From positions 1-33,768 of the forward strand of contig JBAQMN010000034.1 of assembly GCA_049302895.1 (NCBI GenBank): a stretch of DNA of 33,768 bases, written 5' to 3'. This DNA comes from Actinomycetota bacterium (GTDB lineage Bacteria; Actinomycetota; JAHEXW01; JBAQMN01). The notes under the pieces were generated by a model, which saw only the letters and a program-made list of their open reading frames with translations, had not been told where the DNA came from and ran no database searches. Below are positions 7,187 to 17,048 of this stretch, in pieces. A program made the position numbers and the translations under genes. The number at the start of each line of letters is the position of its first letter. Position 1 is the first letter of the stretch.

Positions 7187-9049
7187 TTGAAAAAGTACAT
7201 AAATGTTGTGATCTGGCTTTTGATAATCGCTGCTATATTTGTGCTATTCCAGTATGTGATTCCCAAGCCCGGTGAGAAGGTTAAGACCTTAGCTCTCAAT
7301 CAATTCGTAAGTGACGTTCAGGCCAAGCGTGTCAAAGAGGCGAAAATTTTTGATAGCGATCATCGCGTCGAGGGTGTGCTTAAGGACGGCACCAAATTCG
7401 AGGTCACCTATCCGGAAAAATATGACGTGGCTGTTCTCCTCCTCCAGTACAATGTGAAAACCGAAACTCAGAAGCAGTCCATCTGGCTTGGACTGATTGG
7501 CAATTTCTTTGCCTACCTGTTCTTTCCGTTGGTAATTCTGGTAGTGATTTGGTTCCTGATGATGAGGCAGGTCCAGGGGGGAAACAAGGTTCTATCGTTC
7601 GGCAAGAGCCGGGCCAAGACGATGAGCAAGGACCAGCCCAAGACTACCTTCGATGACGTGGCCGGGCTCGACGAAGTTGTCGAAGAGCTTGAGGAGATCA
7701 AAGAGTTCCTGGCCAATCCGAAGAAGTTTCAGGCTCTGGGGGCCAAAATACCAAAAGGGATTCTGATCTATGGACCACCGGGAACCGGCAAGACCCTGCT
7801 CGCTCGAGCGGTGGCCGGCGAGGCCAACGTGCCCTTTTTCCACATCAGCGGCTCGGATTTCGTCGAAATGTTTGTCGGCGTCGGAGCGAGCCGCGTTCGG
7901 GATCTCTTTGAGCAGGCGAAAGCGAGTGCACCGGCTATTATCTTCATGGACGAGATTGACGCGGTGGGCCGTCATCGAGGAGCCGGTTTGGGAGGCGGTC
8001 ATGATGAGAGAGAACAAACCCTAAACCAGCTTCTGGTCGAGATGGATGGCTTCGATCCCAAGTTGGGAGTGATCCTTATCGCCGCTACAAACCGTCCGGA
8101 TATTTTGGATCCGGCTCTACTCAGGCCAGGCCGTTTCGACAGGCAAATCGTCACGGATAGGCCCGACCTTCGAGGGCGAGAGGGGATTCTCAAAGTTCAC
8201 GCCAAGGGTAAGCCGCTGGCAAAGGATGTGGATCTTTCAGTTTTGGCCCGTTCAACTACTGGCTTTACCGGAGCAGATCTGGCCAATCTAATCAACGAGG
8301 CTGCCCTGCTGGCTGCCCGCCACAACAAGAAGGAGATTGACATGCCTGAGCTTCAGGAGTCTATCGAGCGGGTAATCGCCGGCCCGGAGAGGAAAACGCG
8401 TATTGTCAGCGACAGGGAGAAAAAGATTATAGCCTATCACGAGACAGGTCATGCTTTGGTGTCGCGCAATCTTCCTTACACGGATCCGGTACACAAGATC
8501 TCCATCATTCCTCGGGGGCAGGCCTTAGGCTACACCATTGCTCTTCCTACGGAGGATAAGTACCTGGTTAGCAAGACAGAGCTTCACAACAAGCTTGCTC
8601 AGCTTCTGGCTGGTAGGGTCTCCGAAGAGATAGTATTCCACGATGTGACCACGGGTGCTCATAACGACCTGGATCGTGCAACCAAGATCGCTCGCCAGAT
8701 GGTCACCGAGTACGGCATGAGCGAAAAGTTGGGACCTCTCACGTTAGGTCAGAAACAGGACACGGTCTTTCTTGGCCGAGACTTTGCGGCTCACCCGGAC
8801 TATAGCGACCAGGTAGCCTTTGAGATCGATCAGGAGATAAGGCGAATCATCAACGACGCCCACAATGAGGCAAAAAGGATTCTGACCGAAAACCGCGACA
8901 AGCTTGACAGGATCGCCAAGCATCTGATTGAAGTGGAGACAATGGAGAAGCAAGAGCTGGAAAAGCTCTTGGCAGATAAGGTCAAGCGTCCCAGTGCTGT
9001 CTCTCAGGTGAAAAAGGCGGCGAACCGGGTTGGACAGAGGAAAGATTGA
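7187..9049 (+). CDS. ftsH: ATP-dependent zinc metalloprotease FtsH
   Basis: Two N-terminal TM segments, Walker [12 protein letters not shown] second region of homology, zinc motif HETGHAL. 620 aa. Confidence 0.95.
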   Translation: MKKYINVVIWLLIIAAIFVLFQYVIPKPGEKVKTLALNQFVSDVQAKRVKEAKIFDSDHRVEGVLKDGTKFEVTYPEKYDVAVLLLQYNVKTETQKQSIWLGLIGNFFAYLFFPLVILVVIWFLMMRQVQGGNKVLSFGKSRAKTMSKDQPKTTFDDVAGLDEVVEELEEIKEFLANPKKFQALGAKIPKGILIYGPPGTGKTLLARAVAGEANVPFFHISGSDFVEMFVGVGASRVRDLFEQAKASAPAIIFMDEIDAVGRHRGAGLGGGHDEREQTLNQLLVEMDGFDPKLGVILIAATNRPDILDPALLRPGRFDRQIVTDRPDLRGREGILKVHAKGKPLAKDVDLSVLARSTTGFTGADLANLINEAALLAARHNKKEIDMPELQESIERVIAGPERKTRIVSDREKKIIAYHETGHALVSRNLPYTDPVHKISIIPRGQALGYTIALPTEDKYLVSKTELHNKLAQLLAGRVSEEIVFHDVTTGAHNDLDRATKIARQMVTEYGMSEKLGPLTLGQKQDTVFLGRDFAAHPDYSDQVAFEIDQEIRRIINDAHNEAKRILTENRDKLDRIAKHLIEVETMEKQELEKLLADKVKRPSAVSQVKKAANRVGQRKD

Positions 9050-9599
9050 ACAGGGCGTCCGCCTTATATTAGAGGGCATCGGCGAGGACCCTGAGAGGGA
9101 GGGAATCCGTCTGACCCCAGCCCGCGTCACCTCCATGTACGAGGAGATTTTCAGTGGCATTGGCCAGGACCCTCGGGAAATCATCCAGGTCACCTTTGCC
9201 GAGAACCACGATGAGATGGTTCTGGTAAAAGATATACCCCTCTATTCCATCTGCGAGCATCATCTCATGCCATTTATCGGAAAAGCACACGTCGCTTACA
9301 TACCTGGCAAGGACGGACGTATAACCGGTATAAGCAAGCTTGTCAGAGTGGTCGACCTGCTGGCTCGCCGTCCCCAGGTTCAAGAGCGTTTAACTACTCT
9401 GGTGGCGGATAACCTTGTGGCGGCGTTGAGCCCGCGCGGGGTTATGGTGGTGATAGAAGCCGAACATCTCTGCATGAGCATGCGTGGTATAAACAAGCCG
9501 GGCTCGATAACTGTAACCTCCGCAGTAAGAGGGATTTTTAAGATGAACGTGGCCTCAAGAGGAGAGGTTTTATCCCTGATCAAAAAGTCCGCCAAGTGA
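9030..9599 (+). CDS. folE: GTP cyclohydrolase I
   Basis: EDPEREG...TP.RV N-terminus and the CEHHLMPF active-site motif. Overlaps the ftsH 3' end by 20 nt. Confidence 0.9.
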   Translation: MDRGKIEQGVRLILEGIGEDPEREGIRLTPARVTSMYEEIFSGIGQDPREIIQVTFAENHDEMVLVKDIPLYSICEHHLMPFIGKAHVAYIPGKDGRITGISKLVRVVDLLARRPQVQERLTTLVADNLVAALSPRGVMVVIEAEHLCMSMRGINKPGSITVTSAVRGIFKMNVASRGEVLSLIKKSAK

Positions 9600-9600
9600 T

Positions 9601-10806
9601 ATGGCTCATAATACTCGCGTCATTATCGTAAATGATTTAGGCGAAGCTCGCCGAGTTCTCAAAGAGGTAAAGGTGGATTCGGCCGGCGTCGAAATTATGA
9701 GCTCCAAGGCTATCCACCGCGTGGTCAAGCTGGAAGGCGTAGAGGGTCGAGCCGCCAATATTCTGAAGCAAGAGATGCTGGCCCGCGGCGGTGAGGCGGC
9801 GGTAGCCAAGAATGCTTATAACCTAAGGGGAGATACCACCGACGTTGTGCTCATGGGCACCCTCCGCCAATTTGCTCTTCTACTGACGAAACTTACACAG
9901 CAACCCCTCGGTTTAAAAGAAGTGGCTGACGAGATAGGGAACGCCCTTAGCCATTTTGAGTCCACTCCCTCCCCCCTGAAATGGAGAAACTTCGAGCTCG
10001 ATCTTTCTGGCCGCACTCACCTGATGGGAATTCTTAATGTAACTCCTGACTCTTTCTCCGATGGAGGAAGGTTTCTCGATGTCGCCAAGGCCGTCGGCCA
10101 CGGTCAGTGGGTGGAGGAGGAGGGAGCGGACTTGATCGATATAGGTGGCGAATCGACCCGTCCGGGGGCTGAGGCGGTTAGCTTGAATGAGGAGTTGAAA
10201 CGGGTCATCCCGGTGATTGATGGACTATCAAAAAAGATCAGCATCCCTATATCGATTGATACCTATAAGGCGAAGGTCGCTCGGGAGGCGCTCGACCACG
10301 GTGCAAGTATGGTTAATGATATTAGTGGTTTGAGAGGCGACAAGGAGATGGCCTCTCTGGCGGCCGGGGCGGAGGTTCCCCTGGTGATAATGCACATGAA
10401 AGGCACTCCCAGGAACATGCAGAAGAACCCTCGCTACACATCGGTTTTAGGGGAGATAACACATTTTCTACGCCAGCAATCGGAGGTAGCTCTTGCGGCT
10501 GGAGTGGCGAGGGATAAAATCATTGTCGACCCCGGCATCGGTTTTGGGAAAACTAGCGAGCATAACCTGGAAATTTTGAACAGGCTGCCGGAGCTCAGGA
10601 GTCTGGGATTTCCTATTCTGATAGGAACCTCTCGAAAATCCTTTATCGGTCTAACCCTCGATTTGCCTGTTGAGAAGCGGCTCCAGGGAACGGCCGCCAC
10701 GGTTGCCTATAGTATAATCCAGGGAGCGAGCGTTGTCAGGGTTCACGACGTGAAAGAAATGGTACAGGTGGCGCGGATGACCGACGCGATTATCAGAATG
10801 AAATGA
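9601..10806 (+). CDS. folP: dihydropteroate synthase with an N-terminal extension of about 135 aa
   Basis: The pterin-binding core starts near LMGILNVTPDSFSDGG and continues through DIGGESTRPGA and GTSRKSF. The preceding ~135 aa form an extra domain. Confidence 0.9.
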   Translation: MAHNTRVIIVNDLGEARRVLKEVKVDSAGVEIMSSKAIHRVVKLEGVEGRAANILKQEMLARGGEAAVAKNAYNLRGDTTDVVLMGTLRQFALLLTKLTQQPLGLKEVADEIGNALSHFESTPSPLKWRNFELDLSGRTHLMGILNVTPDSFSDGGRFLDVAKAVGHGQWVEEEGADLIDIGGESTRPGAEAVSLNEELKRVIPVIDGLSKKISIPISIDTYKAKVAREALDHGASMVNDISGLRGDKEMASLAAGAEVPLVIMHMKGTPRNMQKNPRYTSVLGEITHFLRQQSEVALAAGVARDKIIVDPGIGFGKTSEHNLEILNRLPELRSLGFPILIGTSRKSFIGLTLDLPVEKRLQGTAATVAYSIIQGASVVRVHDVKEMVQVARMTDAIIRMK

Positions 10807-11306
10807 AGTCGAAAGTCTATTTGGGCCTGGGGTCCAATGTGGGCGGCCGCCTTTCAAACTTAAAAAAAGCGCTAAATCTGCTGAAGAAAAAGGATATAAA
10901 CGTTTTAGAAACTTCCTCCGTTTACGAATCGAAACCGGTGGATTACCTGGAACAGCCGAATTTTTTGAACATCGTGGTGGAGGCGGAAACCCACTTAAAG
11001 CCTGGAGAAATCTTAGAATCGATTCGGGAGATTGAGCATTCACTGAGGCGAAAGAGAGAGATCGAGAAGGGACCGAGAACTATCGACATCGACATTCTCT
11101 TATACGACGATACTGAGGTCAGAAGCGCTGAACTCACCATTCCTCATCCGAAGATGCTTGAGCGGATCTTTGTTGTTGTACCCCTCCTTGAGATCGCTCC
11201 CGACGTGAAGCTCCCTTCGGGAAAGCTGGTGAGAAGGAGTCTTAAGGGACTTTCCGTTAATGAGGCTGAAATAAGGAAGATAGGAAAAGATGAAGACCCT
11301 TTCTAA
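10803..11306 (+). CDS. folK: 2-amino-4-hydroxy-6-hydroxymethyldihydropteridine diphosphokinase
   Basis: LGSN......L..A, RTIDIDILLY and IPHP motifs. ATGA overlap with folP. Confidence 0.9.
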   Translation: MKSKVYLGLGSNVGGRLSNLKKALNLLKKKDINVLETSSVYESKPVDYLEQPNFLNIVVEAETHLKPGEILESIREIEHSLRRKREIEKGPRTIDIDILLYDDTEVRSAELTIPHPKMLERIFVVVPLLEIAPDVKLPSGKLVRRSLKGLSVNEAEIRKIGKDEDPF

Positions 11307-12153
11307 GATTCCTCAAATAAGGGAAGCTGCAAAGGCCGAGCGGGAAATGGGCAAATCGATTGGATTCGTTCCAACCATGGGTTATTTCCACCAGGGTCAT
11401 TTGAGTCTAATGAAAGCCGCCCGCAGAGAGTGTGACACCGTTGTGATCAGTATTTTTGTTAATCCGACTCAGTTTGGCCCGACGGAGGATTTTGCATCCT
11501 ACCCCCGAGACGTTGAGCGAGACAAAAAGATGGCTGAGGCTGTGGGAGTTGACTATGCTTTCATCCCTTCCGTAGAGGAGATCTATCCCGATGGTTACTC
11601 GACTTATGTTGATATAGAAGGCTCTTTGACGAAAGGACTCTGTGCGGCCGACCGACCCGGGCACTTCAGAGGCTGTGCAACGGTGGTGGCCAAGCTTTTC
11701 AACATTGTTCAACCTGACAAAGCCTATTTTGGACAGAAGGATGTGCAGCAAGCGATTATAATGAAGAGGATGGTTGACGATCTCAACATACCTGTCGAAA
11801 TTGTGGTTTGTCCGATAGTGAGGGAGAAAGACGGTCTGGCTATGAGCTCGCGAAACGTTTACTTGAGTCCGGAGGAGCGAAAGGCAGCTCCGGTTCTGTA
11901 CAAGGCTTTAAGAAAAGCTGAGGAGATGGTCGGCGCCGGAGAGCGAAAAGCACCAGCCATTAGGAAGACTATGGAGGATATTATCCGTTCCGAACCGCTG
12001 GCCAATATCGAATACATCGCTATCTGCGACACAACCAATCTCGAAGAGGTCGAGGAAATAAAGGACGAAACCTTAATCGCCTTGGCCGCGAAGTTTGGTA
12101 AAGCAAGGCTAATCGATAACACCATAATCAGACTGAAGACTGCTAAGAACTAA
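11290..12153 (+). CDS. panC: pantoate--beta-alanine ligase
   Basis: GFVPTMGYFHQGHLSL (HIGH-type motif), FGQKD, MSSRN. 287 aa. Confidence 0.95.
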   Translation: MKTLSKIPQIREAAKAEREMGKSIGFVPTMGYFHQGHLSLMKAARRECDTVVISIFVNPTQFGPTEDFASYPRDVERDKKMAEAVGVDYAFIPSVEEIYPDGYSTYVDIEGSLTKGLCAADRPGHFRGCATVVAKLFNIVQPDKAYFGQKDVQQAIIMKRMVDDLNIPVEIVVCPIVREKDGLAMSSRNVYLSPEERKAAPVLYKALRKAEEMVGAGERKAPAIRKTMEDIIRSEPLANIEYIAICDTTNLEEVEEIKDETLIALAAKFGKARLIDNTIIRLKTAKN

Positions 12154-12179
12154 GGACTAAGAAGACCGGAGTGTGAGTT

Positions 12180-12455
12180 CTCGACAAGCCTGCCTCGAGT
12201 CCTTCGACAGGCTCAGGATAAACTTCGTCGAGAGGCTCGAACAATATTGTTATTCTTCGAGCGAGTCCGCCCTAGGCGGACGAGTCGAGAAGAGTCGACC
12301 TAAAGGTCGACCTGCCTATGGCAGGCGGACCTTTAGGTCCGCTGAGGAGAGACAAATGCGTATTGCAGAGAAGCCCTCTAAGGAAGCCGGGAGTTCTCGA
12401 AGGGCTCGAACAATAAAGACGGTTGTAATATTCTTCGAGCGAGTGAAGCGAGTCG
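12180..12455. repeat. repeat and hairpin array filling the panC-panD spacer
   Basis: Two copies of ggctcgaacaata...attcttcgagcgagt (12234-12266 and 12403-12444, the second with a 9-nt insertion). Palindrome tccgcc-cta-ggcgga (12266-12280). Three abutting hairpins: gtcgacc-taaa-ggtcgac, cctgcc-tat-ggcagg, cggacc-ttta-ggtccg (12294-12341). Motif ccttcgacaggctcaggataaa (12201-12222). Confidence 0.8.
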
Positions 12456-12468
12456 AGAAGGAGGCGCA

Positions 12469-12852
12469 ATGTTTAGGCAGATGTTGAAGAGCAAGATACA
12501 CAGGGCCACTGTCACGGAGGCGGATCTCGATTACGAGGGCAGCATCACTATCGATTCCGAGCTTCTGGAGGCAGCAGACATTCTTCCTCACGAACAGGTT
12601 CAGGTAGTTGACGTAACTAATGGAGCCCGCCTTGAAACATACGTTATCGCCGGTCAAGGCGGGTCTGGCATTGTCTGTTTGAACGGCGCCGCTGCTCACC
12701 TCGTTCATAAAGGGGACACGGTAATAATCATTTCCTATGCGATGGTCGAGGAGAAGGAAGCCAGGAAACTGGTCCCAAAAGTTCTCTACGTGGACGAGAA
12801 AAACAGACTTATTAAGATTGAACACAGGATACCTACCCACGACATCTGTTAA
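12469..12852 (+). CDS. panD: aspartate 1-decarboxylase proenzyme
   Basis: [25 protein letters not shown], including the Gly-Ser self-cleavage site. 127 aa. Confidence 0.95.
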   Translation: MFRQMLKSKIHRATVTEADLDYEGSITIDSELLEAADILPHEQVQVVDVTNGARLETYVIAGQGGSGIVCLNGAAAHLVHKGDTVIIISYAMVEEKEARKLVPKVLYVDEKNRLIKIEHRIPTHDIC

Positions 12853-12901
12853 ACCCGCTCGTGACTTGCGCCTTACAACTGGCGACCTGTATACTTGAAA
12901 C

Positions 12902-14542
12902 ATGTCACTTCCTCGATACTTAATAAATTTCGATTCGACGAGTCTGCCAACTCACTTCTTTGATGTCGTCGTCATTGGCAGTGGAGTGGCTGGTCTCTCC
13001 ACTGCGATCAGGTTGGGAAAATTCTTTAGAGTGGCCTTGCTTACCAAAACGGAGCTTTCTCACACGGCAACACGCTACGCCCAGGGAGGCATCGCTGCCG
13101 CCGTGGGCGTGGGAGACACCCCTGATTTGCATTACAAAGACACGATAGAAACGGGGCGCGGTCTTTCCGACCCCAAAGCCGTCAGGGTCTTAACCAACGA
13201 AGGCCCGAAGTGCATCAAAGAACTGGCGGCGTGGGGAGTGACATTCGACAGGGAGAAGGGAAGGTTCAGTCTGGCCAGAGAGGGGGGGCACTCCAGGGCT
13301 CGTGTCGTCCATTCCAGGGATACCACAGGAAGCGAAGTGGAGACAAACCTGGTACAAATCGTTACCGGTCTCAGTAACGTTTCCATTCAGGAGAGAGTTT
13401 TCGCCGTCGATCTTCTAACGGAAGACGGAAGATGCATAGGCGTACTGGCGATGGACTCAGACAAACCTCTCATCTTTTTAACAAGAGCAGTCGTGATGGC
13501 GGCGGGCGGAATGGGTCAGCTCTATTCGACCACTACCAACCCGCCGATTTGTACGGGTGACGGCCTGGCTATGGCCTATCGGGCCGGTGCTCGCCTGGCA
13601 GACGTGGAGTTTCTTCAGTTTCATCCGACTACTTTGCACATCTCTGGTTCCCCTCGTTTCCTGATAAGTGAGGCGGTTCGGGGTGAAGGGGCGTATCTCC
13701 GGGATAATCAGGGCCGACGTTTCATGGCCGACGTTCATCCCCTGGCGGAACTGGCTCCCAGGGATGTGGTAGTCAGGGAGATGATTCTGGTCATGCGAAA
13801 AACAGGCCAGGATCACGTTTATCTGGACTTAACTCGCATACCGGAGGAGCGGTTTCGGCACCGTTTCCCAGCAATTTACGAGAGATTAGTTGAGAAAGGT
13901 TTTGACATCGCGAGAGACATGATTCCGGTTTCCGCCGCCGCTCACTACATGAGTGGCGGGATCAAAACCGACCTTGACGGACGAACCAACATCCCCGGTC
14001 TGTTTGCCGTTGGCGAGGTAGCCTATACGGGAGTTCACGGCGCCAACAGGCTGGCCAGCAATTCTCTTTTGGAAGGGCTGGTCTTCAGCCGGAGAGCCAG
14101 TAGAGCTCTGGAAACATCGCTGGAGCGGGAGTCGTCTAAAGAGGTGAATCCTTCGACAAGCTCAGGACAAGTTTTTTCACTGCGCTACGATTATAATCGT
14201 CTGGTCAAGAAGTTTGACATTCATCTGGAACGACAAGAACTGCAGAAGACGATGATGGAGTGGGTGGGAGTCCTGCGTTCGGGAGAAAGTCTGAATCGTG
14301 CTCTGGATTTCTTTCAGAGCCGGCGGGATCTTTTGTATACCCGGTTCGATTCACCGCAAGCGTTGGAGCTTCAAAATATGCTTACTGTGGGAAAGCTGAT
14401 GGCCACGGCCGCTTTCATCAGAGAAGAGAGCAGGGGGTCTCACTGGCGTGAAGATTTCCCCTATGAAGATGACGAAAAATGGCTTAAGCACATAACCCTG
14501 AGCCGAGACGAAGAAGATATCGAGGTGGAGATAGGAAAGTAG
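12902..14542 (+). CDS. nadB: L-aspartate oxidase
   Basis: FAD-binding DVVVIGSGVAGL, RYAQGGIAA, HPT, GANRLASNSLLEGLVF and a C-terminal RGSHWRED motif. 546 aa. Confidence 0.95.
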   Translation: MSLPRYLINFDSTSLPTHFFDVVVIGSGVAGLSTAIRLGKFFRVALLTKTELSHTATRYAQGGIAAAVGVGDTPDLHYKDTIETGRGLSDPKAVRVLTNEGPKCIKELAAWGVTFDREKGRFSLAREGGHSRARVVHSRDTTGSEVETNLVQIVTGLSNVSIQERVFAVDLLTEDGRCIGVLAMDSDKPLIFLTRAVVMAAGGMGQLYSTTTNPPICTGDGLAMAYRAGARLADVEFLQFHPTTLHISGSPRFLISEAVRGEGAYLRDNQGRRFMADVHPLAELAPRDVVVREMILVMRKTGQDHVYLDLTRIPEERFRHRFPAIYERLVEKGFDIARDMIPVSAAAHYMSGGIKTDLDGRTNIPGLFAVGEVAYTGVHGANRLASNSLLEGLVFSRRASRALETSLERESSKEVNPSTSSGQVFSLRYDYNRLVKKFDIHLERQELQKTMMEWVGVLRSGESLNRALDFFQSRRDLLYTRFDSPQALELQNMLTVGKLMATAAFIREESRGSHWREDFPYEDDEKWLKHITLSRDEEDIEVEIGK

Positions 14543-15388
14543 TTGAGAATGGAGAGCGCCGAGGAGATTCTAAAGAAGACAATCGTCGATGCATTGGAAG
14601 AGGATCTGGGATTCGCCGGGGATATCACCTCTCAAGCGGTTGTCCCGTCTGATCTTCAAGGCAGGGCTTCGGTTAGGGCAAAAGAGGAAGGGGTAATCGC
14701 AGGACTTTTTGTCGCCAGAGCAGTATTTAAGGCAGTGGATAGTGAGATTGAGTTTATCGAAGACGTCGAGGATGGAGCGGAGGTAAAGAGGGGCCAGAGG
14801 GTGGCACAGATTGTTGGTGCCGTTAGAAGCATTCTGGCCGGAGAGCGGATCGCCCTGAATTTCCTGGCTCACCTTTCGGGAATAGCCACTCTGACAAGAA
14901 AATTTGCTGACAAAGCCCGGCCCTTCCAAGTAACCATCAAAGATACTCGGAAGACCACACCCAATATACGAATTCTAGAAAAGTATGCAGTTAGAGTCGG
15001 AGGGGGCAAGAGTCACCGCTTTGGCCTCTACGATGCGGTTCTGATTAAAGACAATCATATTAAGGCGGCTGGCGGGATTCTGCCGGCTATCGAGCAAGCC
15101 GCCAGAAATCTCCGACCCGGGACCAAAATAGAAATGGAAGTGGACAGCCTGGACGATGTGACCGAGGCTTTGAGAGGGAAAGCGGATATCATTATGCTCG
15201 ACAACATGGACGTGGCCAGCATCAAAGCTGCAGTTAGGAAGATCGGTGCCAAGGCTCTGGTTGAAGTTTCGGGGGGAGTGACCCTGAACAACGTGGAAGA
15301 GATAGCCAGAACGGGCATAAATTTTATTTCGGTCGGCGCCATAACCCAGTCGGCGAAGGCTTTAGATTTCTCCCTCAACCTTGAATAG
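14543..15388 (+). CDS. nadC: nicotinate-nucleotide diphosphorylase (carboxylating)
   Basis: ERIALNFL, DTRKTTP, KDNH and the MLDNM...VEVSGGV motifs. Start is either TTG 14543 or ATG 14549. Confidence 0.9.
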   Translation: MRMESAEEILKKTIVDALEEDLGFAGDITSQAVVPSDLQGRASVRAKEEGVIAGLFVARAVFKAVDSEIEFIEDVEDGAEVKRGQRVAQIVGAVRSILAGERIALNFLAHLSGIATLTRKFADKARPFQVTIKDTRKTTPNIRILEKYAVRVGGGKSHRFGLYDAVLIKDNHIKAAGGILPAIEQAARNLRPGTKIEMEVDSLDDVTEALRGKADIIMLDNMDVASIKAAVRKIGAKALVEVSGGVTLNNVEEIARTGINFISVGAITQSAKALDFSLNLE

Positions 15389-15400
15389 CGAAGGAGATTG

Positions 15401-16024
15401 ATGGCCCGAAAGATTGTCGAGTTTTTGATGCCGTATTTTAGCAACTACGGTTACTACATGGTGTTTTTCGGGGTTTTCCTGGAGAGCTCAGCCCTTCTCG
15501 GTCTCCTGGTGCCGGGGGAGACGGTTCTTGTCATCGCCGCCTTCTACGCGGCGCGCAACAGTCTCAGGCTTGAATACGTTATACTACTGGCCTTCCTCGC
15601 TGCCGTTCTTGGCGATAATCTTGGTTACTTTATCGGTTTAAGGGGAGGACGTCCTTTTCTCAAGAAGTATGAACGATACTTTTTTGTTTCTGAAAAGAGA
15701 TTGCGAGCAGTTGAGCGATACTACAAGAATCACGGTGGCAAGACGGTTTTTATCGCTCGATTCACTGCTTTCTTGAGGGCTTTAGCCGCTATCACGGCGG
15801 GAGTGTCCCGCATGGAGTACAAAAAGTTTTTTTTGTATGATTTGTTGGGTGCTCTCGTCTGGGCGCCGGTCGTATCGATTCTCGGATATTTTCTCGGTTA
15901 TAACTGGCCCCTGTTGGAAAAAATCCTTAACCGTATCGGTCTGGGGATGCTTATAATCTTCGTTCTAATTATTGTTGGCGTGTATGTTTATCGTAGGAGG
16001 CGCAGATTCGCGGGAATTGAGTAG
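15401..16024 (+). CDS. DedA / SNARE-associated family membrane protein
   Basis: FLESSALLGLLVPGE...LGDNLGYFIG...GGKTVFIARF pattern typical of DedA. ATG 15401 is preceded by aaggag; the ORF track starts 3 nt earlier at a TTG. Confidence 0.8.
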   Translation: MARKIVEFLMPYFSNYGYYMVFFGVFLESSALLGLLVPGETVLVIAAFYAARNSLRLEYVILLAFLAAVLGDNLGYFIGLRGGRPFLKKYERYFFVSEKRLRAVERYYKNHGGKTVFIARFTAFLRALAAITAGVSRMEYKKFFLYDLLGALVWAPVVSILGYFLGYNWPLLEKILNRIGLGMLIIFVLIIVGVYVYRRRRRFAGIE

Positions 16025-16760
16025 GTTCGGTGAGGTTGTCCATCACATCGAGGCGGTCACTTCCACTCAGGATGTCGCTAAGGATATGGCGTCAAGGGGC
16101 GCGCCTGAGGGAACGGTGGTCGTGGCTAAGAAGCAGACGCAGGGAAGGGGTCGGTTGGGCAGAAAGTGGTTTTCTCCCGAAGGAGGCCTCTGGTTTTCAG
16201 TCATTATGCGACCAGAAATTGCTCCGAGTGAAGCACCCAAAATAACTCTTTTAGGCGCGGTTTCCATTGCTCGAGCAGTTCGGGAAGTCACGGAGCTGGA
16301 AGCCGAGATCAAGTGGCCCAACGACATCCTTATAAAAGATCAGAAAGTTGCCGGAATTCTAACGGAAGGGAGCGCCGTTTCGAACCAACTGAGCTTTGTT
16401 CTCCTTGGCGTCGGCATAAATGTTAATGTCGATATCTCAATTTTTCCAGAAGGCTTACTAATGCCGGCGACGTCTCTTTCCGCCGAGGGCGGTAAAGAAA
16501 TCGAGCTTCCTTTACTATTGCAATCTTGCCTGAAACATCTCGAGAGCTATTACGCCTTGCTGAAAACTGATTTTGAAAAAATTCTCGGTGAATGGCGGGA
16601 GTTTTCGGCAATCCTCGGCAGACAGGTAAGAGTTTCCTCGTTAGGAGAAGCTCTGGAGGGGGTAGCGACAGACGTTGATGAACAGGGGGCGCTCCTTCTA
16701 AAAGTTTCTTCAGGAGAAGTTAAGACAGTTCGCACGGGGGACCTATTTATCCTAAAATAG
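15972..16760 (+). CDS. birA: biotin--[acetyl-CoA-carboxylase] ligase, group I (no N-terminal HTH)
   Basis: TSTQD, GRGRLGRKW, KWPNDI and GIGINV motifs. The true start is probably downstream of 15972, for example TTG 16017 overlapping the dedA stop. Too short to carry a repressor domain. Confidence 0.85.
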   Translation: MLACMFIVGGADSRELSRFGEVVHHIEAVTSTQDVAKDMASRGAPEGTVVVAKKQTQGRGRLGRKWFSPEGGLWFSVIMRPEIAPSEAPKITLLGAVSIARAVREVTELEAEIKWPNDILIKDQKVAGILTEGSAVSNQLSFVLLGVGINVNVDISIFPEGLLMPATSLSAEGGKEIELPLLLQSCLKHLESYYALLKTDFEKILGEWREFSAILGRQVRVSSLGEALEGVATDVDEQGALLLKVSSGEVKTVRTGDLFILK

Positions 16761-16825
16761 CCGAGGCCCCGCCAGAGTGCAGCGGGACAAGCAGGATGCC
16801 TCGGCTACCATGTAACATTGGACCG

Positions 16826-16965
16826 GTAGGGCAGGGCACCTTGCCCTGCCACTTGTTGCTTTGTGGTCATTGCGAGGAGCCCGGCTCTGAGCGGGCCGAC
16901 ACAGAGGTCGGCCCCTACTACGAGTTATCGCTGTTCCCGGTAGGGGCGGACGTCTCTGTCCGCCC
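16826..16965. repeat. GC-rich palindromic intergenic elements (GTAGGG-hairpin family), including copy 2 of the 70-nt element
   Basis: gtagg + ggcagggca-cct-tgccctgcc (16830-16850), followed by a T-containing tract. 16893-16965 matches 2872-2941. Confidence 0.8.
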
Positions 16966-16982
16966 TCTCTAAGGCAGCACTA

Positions 16983-17012
16983 TTGACTTAGTATCAATTT
17001 GACTGCTATATT
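16983..17012 (+). promoter_or_regulatory. candidate sigma-A promoter for bioY
   Basis: TTGACT (16983-16988), 18 nt, TATATT (17007-17012). A second TTGACT lies at 16999-17004. Confidence 0.3.
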
Positions 17013-17048
17013 TCATTCAATCTAAACGCACAAGAGGAGGTAAAGTAT

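Noticed and set aside
12294-12341. CRISPR-like appearance of repeated palindromes (also 18924-18990, 2872-2941 and 16893-16965)
   Set aside because: The units abut or are irregularly spaced, with no constant repeat-spacer periodicity, only two to three units per site, and no cas genes. They are better described as REP-like extragenic palindromes.
12173-12487. 104-aa ORF between panC and panD
   Set aside because: It is a read-through of the repeat and hairpin array (FDRLRIN, RPKGRPAYGRRTFRS) and runs into the panD start. There is no RBS and no protein-like pattern.
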